64,000 nt of DNA from Actinomycetes bacterium. GTDB lineage: Bacteria; Actinomycetota; Actinomycetes; S36-B12; UBA5976. The position numbers and the translations under genes are program-made. The notes under the pieces were generated by a model. It searched no databases. It had not been told where the DNA came from and saw only the letters and a list, made by a program, of their open reading frames with translations. The stretch covers positions 3,190 to 67,189 of the forward strand of contig BJFU01000002.1 in the NCBI GenBank assembly GCA_014190035.1. The letters are read 5' to 3'. Below, one piece after another: positions 49,708 to 58,652 of the stretch (position 1 is its first letter; each line of letters starts with the position of its first letter).

Positions 49708-52617
49708 ATGAGCTTTCCTCGTCCAGATTTTACATTCAATCGCCCTAAAGGCAGGAATTCATATTTACTAATTTCATTGGGTGCACTTGCTTTTGCTTTA
49801 CTAAGTTTGTCTGGTTATTACACAGATTGGCTTTGGTACAAGTCAGTTAAAGCACAAGAAGTTTATGTAACTGTTTTGGCTTGGCGAATTGGTTTGTTTA
49901 TTTTCTTTGCAGCAATTACTGGATTTATTATTTGGTTAAACGTTTATCTTGCTTACAAGTTTAGACCGATGTACGCATCTGTAACTCCCGATCAACTTTC
50001 ATTGCAACGATATAGAGAAGCTCTAGACCCAATAAGAAAAACAGTATTTATCATTGGCCCAATTCTTCTAGGTTTTCTAGCGGGAGGATCAGCTTCTGCT
50101 GAATGGAGAAATTGGATTCAAAGATTAAATGCGGTTCCTTTTGGTGTTAAAGATGCCCAATTTGGTATCGATATTAGTTTTTTCATTTTTGACTATCCGC
50201 TTTATAGAAATTTAGTAACTTTTGGAATAAGTACGATTATTCTTTCTGGAATTGCAAGTGGAATAATTCATTATATTTATGGTGGTATTACTTTACAATC
50301 ACCAAACCAAAAAGCAACAAAATTTGCTCAATCCCAAATTTCAATATTCGTTGCATTACTTTTTGTATTTAAGGCTTTTGCTTACTGGTTAGACAGATTT
50401 GGTTTGGCTCTAAAACAAGATTCTTTGTTAGTTGGTTTGAAATACGCTGATGTAAATGCTGTTCTGCCTGCTAAATCTTTAATGATGTATTTGTCATTAA
50501 TTGTGGCTGTTTTGTTTATTATCAATGCTTTTAGAAGACAATGGTTCATTCCAAATATTGGTATTGGAGCATTACTAATTACAGGAATTTTAATAGGTGG
50601 TGTATACACAACTGTTATTCAGCAATTTATTGTAAAACCAAGTGAAGCAGACAAAGAAGCTCCTTATATTCAAAAATCTATTGAATCAACGAGAAATGCT
50701 TATGGTTTAGCAAACGTTGAAATATCTGATTACGCAGCCAGTGTCGAGCCAAGTCCAGAAATAATTTCGCAACAATCTGGAACCATAGAAAAAATTAGAT
50801 TGATGGATCCAGCATTACTTTCTCCTACATTTAATCAATTACAACAAATACGAGGTTTTTATAGTTTTGCTGACACCCTAGATATCGATCGATACGCTCT
50901 TGGTGGATCTAATCAAGGAACCATAATTGCTGCTAGAGAAATTAACTTGGCAGGAATTCCTAGTGCGCAACGAAATTGGATTAATTCACATTTGGTCTAT
51001 ACGCACGGATTTGGTGTTGTAACAGCCAAAGATAATGCTGTAAGAATTGATGGCGAACCAGATTTCACCACAAGTGATATTCCTACAAAAGGTTCTTTAA
51101 AAATCGATGAACCAAGAATTTATTTTGGTGAAAACTCTCCTAGTTATTCAATTGTTGGAGGAGCAGCGGGAAGTGACCCTCGAGAATTAGATTATCCAGA
51201 TGACACGAGTGCAAACGGTCAAGCAAATAACACATACGCAGGAACTGGTGGAGTTCCAATTGGAAATTTCTTTAACAGAGCTTTATATGCTCTGAAATAT
51301 CAGGAAATAAATATTATCCTTTCAAATTTAGTAAATAATGATTCAAAAGTTTTGTACTATCGAGATCCTGCAGAACGAGTACAAAGAGTTGCACCTTGGC
51401 TAACTCTTGATGGCGATCCTTATCCTGCAGTGATTGATGGCAAAATTGTTTGGATTCTTGATGGTTACACTTCAACAAATTACTATCCGTACTCAACTAG
51501 AACAAGTTTAGATGTAGCAACGGCAGACTCAGTAACACAAACTTCAACTGCATTACGGGCTCAAGCAGCTACATCAGTTAATTATGTAAGAAACTCGGTA
51601 AAGGCAACTGTTGATGCTTACGACGGTACAGTTTCAATTTATGCCTGGGATGAATCTGAACCAATTCTTAAATCATGGTCACAAGCATTTCCTGGGATCG
51701 TAAAACCGCGTTCGGCCATGCCTGCTCAAGTTGTTGATCACGTTAGATATCCCGAAGATTTGTTTAAAATTCAACGAGAAATATTAAGTAAATATCACGT
51801 TAAAGATGCAGGTGCGTTTTATGGCGGTCAAGATTTCTGGGTAATTCCAAATGATCCAACTAGACCAGGTGTACAAAGTTCTCAACCTCCTTATTACTTA
51901 CAACTTCAAATGCCAGGTGATGCTTCTCCGGTATTTTCATTGACCACAACTTTTGCGCCAACAAAGCGACAAACTTTAGCTTCATTTATGGCAGTTTCAA
52001 GTGATCCAAAAAATAATTATGGAAAAATTCGAGTTCTTCAGTTACCAAGAAATACAACAATTCCTGGTCCAACTCAAGTTCAAAATAACTTTGAATCAGA
52101 TCCAGACGTAAGTGCTTTACTTTCACTATTAAGACGTGGTGGTTCTGAAGTTGAACTTGGAAACTTGTTGTCCCTTCCAATAGGTGGGGGATTGCTTTAT
52201 GTCGAACCTGTTTATGTCAGAGCAACAGCTGGAGATAGTTACCCATTACTAAGAAAAGTTCTTGCATCATTTGGACCAAACGTTGTATTCGAAGACAATA
52301 TTCAAGATGCTATTACCGCACTTTTTGGAACAACTTCAGGTGCAACACAGACGCCTACAGCTCCAGAAAATGAAACTTTACCAACACCGCAAACTCCAAG
52401 TGAAACTGGAAATGCTGAAACAGATTTAGCAAATGCAATTAGTGATATGCAAAAAGCAGTTGCCGATGGAAAGAAAGCGCTGGCAAATGGAGATTTCACT
52501 GCATATGGCAAAGCACAACAAGATCTTGAAGATGCTTTGGCAAGAGCATTGGCTGCGCAAAAAAGACTAAATTCAACAAACGAAATTGAAATAACTCCAG
52601 CAAGTTTCGTGCGCTAG
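49708..52617 (+). CDS. UPF0182-family large membrane protein (Rv3193c-like)
   Basis: The ATG at 49708 (MSFPRPDF...) is preferred over the TTG at 49672. About 7 N-terminal TM helices plus a large extracytoplasmic domain and a Thr/Pro/Gln-rich C-terminal tail. Confidence 0.85.
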   Translation: MSFPRPDFTFNRPKGRNSYLLISLGALAFALLSLSGYYTDWLWYKSVKAQEVYVTVLAWRIGLFIFFAAITGFIIWLNVYLAYKFRPMYASVTPDQLSLQRYREALDPIRKTVFIIGPILLGFLAGGSASAEWRNWIQRLNAVPFGVKDAQFGIDISFFIFDYPLYRNLVTFGISTIILSGIASGIIHYIYGGITLQSPNQKATKFAQSQISIFVALLFVFKAFAYWLDRFGLALKQDSLLVGLKYADVNAVLPAKSLMMYLSLIVAVLFIINAFRRQWFIPNIGIGALLITGILIGGVYTTVIQQFIVKPSEADKEAPYIQKSIESTRNAYGLANVEISDYAASVEPSPEIISQQSGTIEKIRLMDPALLSPTFNQLQQIRGFYSFADTLDIDRYALGGSNQGTIIAAREINLAGIPSAQRNWINSHLVYTHGFGVVTAKDNAVRIDGEPDFTTSDIPTKGSLKIDEPRIYFGENSPSYSIVGGAAGSDPRELDYPDDTSANGQANNTYAGTGGVPIGNFFNRALYALKYQEINIILSNLVNNDSKVLYYRDPAERVQRVAPWLTLDGDPYPAVIDGKIVWILDGYTSTNYYPYSTRTSLDVATADSVTQTSTALRAQAATSVNYVRNSVKATVDAYDGTVSIYAWDESEPILKSWSQAFPGIVKPRSAMPAQVVDHVRYPEDLFKIQREILSKYHVKDAGAFYGGQDFWVIPNDPTRPGVQSSQPPYYLQLQMPGDASPVFSLTTTFAPTKRQTLASFMAVSSDPKNNYGKIRVLQLPRNTTIPGPTQVQNNFESDPDVSALLSLLRRGGSEVELGNLLSLPIGGGLLYVEPVYVRATAGDSYPLLRKVLASFGPNVVFEDNIQDAITALFGTTSGATQTPTAPENETLPTPQTPSETGNAETDLANAISDMQKAVADGKKALANGDFTAYGKAQQDLEDALARALAAQKRLNSTNEIEITPASFVR

Positions 52618-52668
52618 ATAGCGCAAGTGTTAAGAGTTTTACCCTTACATTAAGATTGAACTAACCGA

Positions 52669-52745
<77 letters not shown>

Positions 52746-52753
52746 AATCAAAT

Positions 52754-52787
52754 GAAGACCGGCAAAATTAACCGGTCTTCTTTTTTT
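52754..52787 (+). terminator. Terminator after the tRNA-fMet gene
   Basis: GAAGACCGG-CAAAATTAA-CCGGTCTTC followed by TTTTTTT. Confidence 0.85.
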
Positions 52788-52812
52788 GTGCCAAATATGA
52801 CAAGCGTAGAGT
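52786..52812 (+). promoter_or_regulatory. Candidate promoter giving a leaderless P450 mRNA
   Basis: TTGTGC-15 nt-TAGAGT. The -10 hexamer ends 7 nt before the ATG at 52819, and there is no SD sequence upstream. Confidence 0.4.
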
Positions 52813-52818
52813 AGATGC

Positions 52819-54213
52819 ATGAATGAAAATGTTGGAAAGTTTGAGAAAAAGAAGTTAGGCAAAATTTTCCTAACCGCTCCTGGTCCAACGACTAAACAAA
52901 TGTTTTCTCAATTATTGAGAGCAAGAAAAGATCCAGCTGGATTTCTTGTTGATATGAGAAAAAAATATGGAAATGTGGTGCAATTCCCACTACCTATTTT
53001 GCCTGTGTATTTAGTAACTCACCCCGATGATGTTGATCGAGTTATGCGCGTTAATGCAAAAAATTATGGAAAAAGAACAATTCAATATGAAAATTTAGCT
53101 TTAGTAACTGGTGATGGACTACTTGCTGCTGACACAGATACATGGAAGCGACAGAGAAAATTAATTCAACCCGCTTTTCATCATGAAGCGATCATGAGAG
53201 TTGGCCCAGATACAGTCTTAGTTACGGATCGAATGTTAGGCAAATGGGAAAAGCTTTCAAACAACACCGTTGTTGATATTGATGACGACATGATGCACTC
53301 AGCTTTAGAAATTGTCGGAAGATCTCTTTTTGGTACAGATTTGGCTGGCGATGTTGAAAAAACAGCACAAGCAACATTGGACGCCCTCGACATAATCGTT
53401 GCAAGAGCTAGAACTCCGATCACATTTCCTAAATGGATCCCAACTCCAAACAATAGAAAATTAGCGAAAGCTTTAAATCAACTTGATGGTGCTGTTCAAA
53501 GAATTTTGGATGAAAGAAAAAAAATGACTGGAGTAGCAGGATTTGATCGAGAGGTAGACATGCTCGATTTGTTACTAGCTGCACATGACGAAGAAGGTGG
53601 ATTAAACAGTAAAGAACTTCGAGATCAAATAGTTACATTCATCGTTGCCGGCCATGAAACTGTTGCGAGTTCTCTAACTTGGACGTGGTGGCTAATAGGT
53701 TCTCATCCAGAAGTTCAACTTAAACTACAAAAAGAAGTTGATGAAGTTTTAAAAGGTCGAGCACCTAATGTTAAAGATTTAGAAAATCTTTCATACACAA
53801 AAGCAATCGTTGATGAAGCTTTAAGAGTCTTTCCACCAGGGTGGGTTGTAAGTAGAAGATCTTTAGAAAAAGATGAACTAGGTGGATATGAAATTCCAGA
53901 TAAAGCAGTAGTAATAATTTCTCCTTGGGCAACACATAGACACCCTGATGCTTGGAAAAATGCTGAATCTTTTGATCCAACAAGATTTTTACCAGATTCA
54001 CCAACACCGCAAAAGGGAACATATTTACCTTTTGGAATTGGCCCACGAATGTGTATTGGTAAAGATTTTGCAATTTTAGAAAGTGTCTTAATGATTTCGA
54101 GGATTGCTCAGAAGTGGCAATTAAGTCCGGCAGGTGGGGAACCAGTACCAAGAGCGTTAGTAATGGTTAGACCTGAAGGTGGACTACCTATGTATATAAA
54201 TCGAAGAAGTTAA
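52819..54213 (+). CDS. Cytochrome P450
   Basis: 464 aa. I-helix AGHETV, ExxR (EALR) and heme-thiolate loop FGIGPRMCIGKDF. Confidence 0.92.
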   Translation: MNENVGKFEKKKLGKIFLTAPGPTTKQMFSQLLRARKDPAGFLVDMRKKYGNVVQFPLPILPVYLVTHPDDVDRVMRVNAKNYGKRTIQYENLALVTGDGLLAADTDTWKRQRKLIQPAFHHEAIMRVGPDTVLVTDRMLGKWEKLSNNTVVDIDDDMMHSALEIVGRSLFGTDLAGDVEKTAQATLDALDIIVARARTPITFPKWIPTPNNRKLAKALNQLDGAVQRILDERKKMTGVAGFDREVDMLDLLLAAHDEEGGLNSKELRDQIVTFIVAGHETVASSLTWTWWLIGSHPEVQLKLQKEVDEVLKGRAPNVKDLENLSYTKAIVDEALRVFPPGWVVSRRSLEKDELGGYEIPDKAVVIISPWATHRHPDAWKNAESFDPTRFLPDSPTPQKGTYLPFGIGPRMCIGKDFAILESVLMISRIAQKWQLSPAGGEPVPRALVMVRPEGGLPMYINRRS

Positions 54214-54992
54214 TTAAATAATTTAATTGTTTGATCATGCAGTAATCCATTAGTTACAACCATACTTTTTTCAACTAAAGAATCTCCACCACTAAGTGAC
54301 GTTACTTTTCCGCCCGCTTCTTTAATTATTGGAATAAGTGCAGCCATATCCCAAATTGCTAAAGACGGTTCCATCGATAAATCGAGTGAACCTTCTGCGA
54401 CCATCATGTGAATAAAAAAATCACCAAAACCTCTAGCGCGCCAAACTCTTTTAAGCAGCTTCTCAAATTCTTGCTCTTGTGATTTCACATTCCAACTATC
54501 TTGACTGGAATAACCTAAATATGCATCTTCTAATTTAGAAACTTTTGAAACTTGCAGTTTTCTTTCGCTCTGAAAAGAATTTGTTTTAGTTTGCAAAAAT
54601 GAACCTAAACCTGTTGCTCCAAACCAACGTCTACCTAAAGCGGGAGCAGAAACCATGCCCGTTGTCATTTCTCCATCGACTCTTAAACCGATTAAGGTTC
54701 CCCAAAAAGGAACACCCCTCACAAAATTCTTAGTCCCATCAATTGGATCTAGTATCCATTCGCGATTGCTACTTCCATCGTGCCCAAATTCTTCACCGAT
54801 AATGGAATCTGATGGAGCATATTTTCCGATGAGTGTTCGTAATTCTTCTTCTACACTTTTATCTGCATCACTTACAGGAGTAAAGTCAGGCTTTGTTTCA
54901 ATTTTTAAATCAATAGCGCCAAAGCGGGCCATAGAAATTTTATCTGCCGCGTCGGCTAATTTGTGGGTAAATTCTAAATCTTGGGCGCTCAT
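54210..54992 (-). CDS. Inositol-monophosphatase-family protein, probably histidinol-phosphatase HisN
   Basis: 260 aa, LDPIDGTKNF and WDMAALIPII motifs. The HisN assignment is an inference from the actinobacterial subfamily look. Confidence 0.8.
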   Translation of the reverse strand: MSAQDLEFTHKLADAADKISMARFGAIDLKIETKPDFTPVSDADKSVEEELRTLIGKYAPSDSIIGEEFGHDGSSNREWILDPIDGTKNFVRGVPFWGTLIGLRVDGEMTTGMVSAPALGRRWFGATGLGSFLQTKTNSFQSERKLQVSKVSKLEDAYLGYSSQDSWNVKSQEQEFEKLLKRVWRARGFGDFFIHMMVAEGSLDLSMEPSLAIWDMAALIPIIKEAGGKVTSLSGGDSLVEKSMVVTNGLLHDQTIKLFN

Positions 54993-55005
54993 TTAAATCG
55001 AAACT

Positions 55006-55998
55006 CTACCCTTCCGTGCTATCTAGTGAACTTATCAATCTACGAAATGAATCAAGTCTTGGTAAAAGTGCAGGATTTTCAAAAGCCATCGCTTCAATCG
55101 CACAGCTTGTGTCTTGGTGAGAACATCCCTTTTGGCAATCGGTTGTTGCTTGAACTAAGTCAGGAAAACCTTCAAGTATTTCCTTAACAGTGGCATGAGC
55201 TAGACCAAAAGATCTAATTCCAGGAGTATCAATAATCCAAGTCGTTTTATTTATTTTTAACGCAAAAGCTGAAGTTGAAGTGTGTTTTCCTTGCCCTGTT
55301 ACATCATTTACCTCACCAGTTCGCCTATTGGCATCTGGAACAAGTCGGTTAACTAAAGTCGATTTTCCAACACCCGAAGGCCCAATTAAAACAGTAGTTT
55401 TATTCTCAAGCACATCAAGTAATTCCTCTAAAGTGGAAGTTTTATTAACAGAGAAAACTGGAATATCAAGTGCTTGATACATTTCAGAAAGTTTTTGAGG
55501 AGACTCTATATCTGTTTTGGTAGCAATGATTATTGGTTGAGCATTTGCTAATCTGGCTGCAATAATTGTTCTATCAATCAATCTTGGATTAGGTTCTGGT
55601 TCGGATGTTGCAACAACAATTGCGACCATGTCTATATTTGCAACTAATGATCTTTCAACTGACTCTGAGTCATCGGCACTTTTTTGTAAAGAATTTTTAC
55701 GCTCATTAACCTTTACAATTCTTGCCATATTTTCGATATTTTTTGTATCGACTCCAACAATCTCAACTAAATCTCCAACAATTACTCCTTTTCGCCCCAG
55801 CTCTCTAGCTTTAATCGCATAGATATCAATTTCTTCGGGACTTGTTAAATGAACAGTAAATCTTCCTCTGTCAACGGTTACAACTAATCCGGTTACTGCA
55901 TTTTCAAACTTTGGTCGGTCTTTTGATCTTGGTCTAGATTTATGCTTTCCTGGACGAGAACGAAAATCATCTTCGTCATAATCTTTCAGGTTATTCAC
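55006..55998 (-). CDS. rsgA: Ribosome small-subunit-dependent GTPase A
   Basis: Circularly permuted GTPase (TKTD ... GPSGVGKST) and a C-terminal Cys/His zinc motif. The GTG at 55998 forms a GTGA overlap with the aroA stop. The ORF track alternative is the GTG at 56019. Confidence 0.9.
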   Translation of the reverse strand: MNNLKDYDEDDFRSRPGKHKSRPRSKDRPKFENAVTGLVVTVDRGRFTVHLTSPEEIDIYAIKARELGRKGVIVGDLVEIVGVDTKNIENMARIVKVNERKNSLQKSADDSESVERSLVANIDMVAIVVATSEPEPNPRLIDRTIIAARLANAQPIIIATKTDIESPQKLSEMYQALDIPVFSVNKTSTLEELLDVLENKTTVLIGPSGVGKSTLVNRLVPDANRRTGEVNDVTGQGKHTSTSAFALKINKTTWIIDTPGIRSFGLAHATVKEILEGFPDLVQATTDCQKGCSHQDTSCAIEAMAFENPALLPRLDSFRRLISSLDSTEG

Positions 55999-57284
55999 AC
56001 ACTCACCAAGTGCGCCCACATTTTTTCAAAGTCAGGAAGAGTTTTTGAGGTGGTTTTAATATCATCAACTTCAATTCCTGAAACAACTAATCCAATAACT
56101 GCTCCGGCTGTTGCCATTCTGTGATCATCAAATGCTTTCCACATTCCGGCTTTAAGCTTTGTTGGCCTAATAATTAATCCATCAGATGTTTCCTCGGCGT
56201 CTCCACCAATTGATTTTATGTTTTCGACTAAGGCCGCTAATCGATCGGTTTCATGACCTCGCAAATGAGCAATCCCTGACAAAGTGCTTGTTGAATTTGC
56301 GAATAGCGCAATAGACACAAGTACCGGAGTTAATTCTCCTACATCACTTAAATCAAAATCGATACCCTTTATTTCATTTGTGATTTTGACGGTTAATCCT
56401 TTTTCATTTAGGGAAATATTTGCTCCCATTTTTGTAAGAATTTCAATCCAAGCATTACCGGCTTGAGTTGTATGTTGTGGCCAATGAGGAATAGTAACTT
56501 CGCCTTTAGTAACCATTGCAGCAGCTAAGAATGGACCAGCATTTGATAAGTCTGGTTCGATTACCCAATTTTTTGATTGGATTTTGGAAGGCAACACTTT
56601 CCATGAATTTTTGTCGAGAGTTATTACTTCCACTCCAACTTGATTTAACATGTCGATGGTCATTTCAATATGTGGAAGGCTCGGTAGATTTTTACCAACA
56701 TGTTTAATAGTTAAGCCATTTTTGAATCTAGGAGCGGCAAGAAGAAGAGCACTAACAAATTGACTTGATTCGGATGCATCAATAGTTATTTCTCCACCTT
56801 GCACTAGCCCATCACTTGCAATAGAAAATGGAAGATTTCCTGTTGATTGATCATCCACAGATATTCCTAGACTTTTTAACGCATTTATAAGAGTTTTCAT
56901 GGGTCTATTTCGAGCACGCTCATCCCCATCAAAATGCGCAACTCCAGCCGATAGGGCAGCAAGTGCAGGTACAAATCTCATCACGGTGCCAGCTAAACCA
57001 ACATCAATAGTTAAGTCTTGATGAACTTGTTTCATCGGAGATATTTCAATTAAGTCTTTATCTCTCGTAATTTGGCAACCCAATTTTTCTAACGCTTGAA
57101 GCATTAATTCAGTATCTCGAGCAAGTAATGGTTTTGAGATTGTTGAAACTGAATCACCTAACGCTGCAAGGACGAATGCTCTATTTGTTGCAGATTTAGA
57201 ACCAGGAATCGACACAGTCGAGTGAATAGGGCGCTGCACAACCGGAGCGGTCCAATTATGTGGGGCAGGTTCACTCATTTGCAT
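55995..57284 (-). CDS. aroA: 3-phosphoshikimate 1-carboxyvinyltransferase (EPSP synthase)
   Basis: 429 aa, PGSKSATNRAFVLAAL and GLAGTVMRF motifs. Confidence 0.95.
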   Translation of the reverse strand: MQMSEPAPHNWTAPVVQRPIHSTVSIPGSKSATNRAFVLAALGDSVSTISKPLLARDTELMLQALEKLGCQITRDKDLIEISPMKQVHQDLTIDVGLAGTVMRFVPALAALSAGVAHFDGDERARNRPMKTLINALKSLGISVDDQSTGNLPFSIASDGLVQGGEITIDASESSQFVSALLLAAPRFKNGLTIKHVGKNLPSLPHIEMTIDMLNQVGVEVITLDKNSWKVLPSKIQSKNWVIEPDLSNAGPFLAAAMVTKGEVTIPHWPQHTTQAGNAWIEILTKMGANISLNEKGLTVKITNEIKGIDFDLSDVGELTPVLVSIALFANSTSTLSGIAHLRGHETDRLAALVENIKSIGGDAEETSDGLIIRPTKLKAGMWKAFDDHRMATAGAVIGLVVSGIEVDDIKTTSKTLPDFEKMWAHLVSV

Positions 57285-57320
57285 CTAAGACTACAGCGTG
57301 CACGTAATATCCAGGTTGTT

Positions 57321-58019
57321 ATGTGTGGAAGATACGCGGCTAATCGCGACACCGGAACTCTTACTGAAGTTTTTAAGTTAAAAAACCTACCTAGTCAATT
57401 ATTACCCGAAAATTACAATATTTCTCCAACTTCAAAAACCTACGCAATCACAGTTGATAAAAATCAAAATCGAACATTGGAAATTATGACCTGGGGGCTG
57501 ATTCCATCTTGGGCTAAAGATAATTCAATGAGTGCAAAAATGATAAATGCCAGATTTGAAACTGTTGATGAAAAACCTTCTTTTAGAAGTGCGTTCAGTA
57601 AAAGACGTTGCATAATTCCAATGGATGGATATTACGAATGGTTTCGACCAGAAGATCCTAAAGAAAAGAAACAACCATACTTTATAAAAGCAGGAAAAAG
57701 CCCTCTGCTTGCTGTGGCTGGAATCTATGAAATTTGGAAAAATCCAGATCCCAAGAACTTTGATCAAGAAATTCATAGTTTTGCAGTTATCACTACAGAA
57801 GCTAAATTAGGTTTGGAAACAATCCATGACCGAATGCCAGTGTTAGTTCCCGATAAGAATTGGGAGGCCTGGCTTGATCCAAATATTCAAAATAAAGATG
57901 AAATTAGATCAATGCTTGCAACCCCACCTAGTGGCTACTTTGAATTCTTTAAGGTTAATAGTGATGTGAATAATGCTAGAAACAATGGTGCTCAATTGAT
58001 TGAGCCACTTAAAGATTAA
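57321..58019 (+). CDS. SOS-response-associated peptidase (SRAP/YedK/HMCES family)
   Basis: True start MCGRY at 57321 (catalytic Cys2). The ORF-track extension overlaps aroA and is rejected. Confidence 0.88.
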   Translation: MCGRYAANRDTGTLTEVFKLKNLPSQLLPENYNISPTSKTYAITVDKNQNRTLEIMTWGLIPSWAKDNSMSAKMINARFETVDEKPSFRSAFSKRRCIIPMDGYYEWFRPEDPKEKKQPYFIKAGKSPLLAVAGIYEIWKNPDPKNFDQEIHSFAVITTEAKLGLETIHDRMPVLVPDKNWEAWLDPNIQNKDEIRSMLATPPSGYFEFFKVNSDVNNARNNGAQLIEPLKD

Positions 58020-58021
58020 GT

Positions 58022-58636
58022 ATGAGTATTTCTTTTATAGAAACTACTTATGGAAGTGCGCGCATTACAAGTCTTCATCATTACAAAAAAACAGTTGCAT
58101 TTATCACACATGGCGCTGGTAAAGGTCTTGATTCAATTGATTTGGCATCAATAATTCATCAACTCGATCTATATAGAATAAGTGTTGTTGGAGTAGAGAT
58201 GCCTTGGCTGGTTGCTGGCAAAAAAATTGCAAGTCCAGCAAGCCAATTAGATCAAGTTTGGCGAGAAGTTCATGAAAATTTGCAAGAAAGATATGCAGAT
58301 TTTAAAAAAGTCTTTATCGGGCGAAGCACTGGAGCCCGAGTTATTTGCAGAACTGCAGAAGTATTAAGACCTGATCTAATTATTAATTTGGCATTTCCAC
58401 TTAAATCTCTTACCGGTAAATCTCGCGAGGAAGAATTGAAACAAGTCTTAGATAAGAATTTTGAAATGATAATCATTCAAGGTCAAAAAGACACTCTTGG
58501 TTCAACTTCTGACATCAAACAAGCACTGGGAGTTAGAAATAACCTAGAAATTATTGATGCGGGAAATTTAACTCACAAACTCAGTGGAACTATGGGAGAA
58601 GTAGTCATTGAATGCCTGAGTAATAAGGGCTACTAA
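58022..58636 (+). CDS. Small alpha/beta-fold hydrolase (KANL3/Tex30-like, COG3571-type)
   Basis: 204 aa, FITHGAGKG and GRSTGARV nucleophile-elbow-like motifs. Confidence 0.6.
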   Translation: MSISFIETTYGSARITSLHHYKKTVAFITHGAGKGLDSIDLASIIHQLDLYRISVVGVEMPWLVAGKKIASPASQLDQVWREVHENLQERYADFKKVFIGRSTGARVICRTAEVLRPDLIINLAFPLKSLTGKSREEELKQVLDKNFEMIIIQGQKDTLGSTSDIKQALGVRNNLEIIDAGNLTHKLSGTMGEVVIECLSNKGY

Positions 58637-58652
58637 AGCGACAAGGTAGCGT

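Noticed and set aside
57222-57320. N-terminal extension of the SRAP gene in the ORF track
   Set aside because: SRAP proteins require Cys2 after the initiator Met (MCGRY at 57321). The extension overlaps the aroA start on the opposite strand.
57285-57320. LexA/SOS box upstream of the SRAP gene
   Set aside because: The spacer contains a plausible -10 (TAATAT, 57305-57310). It contains no GAAC-N4-GTTC or TCGAAC-type palindrome.
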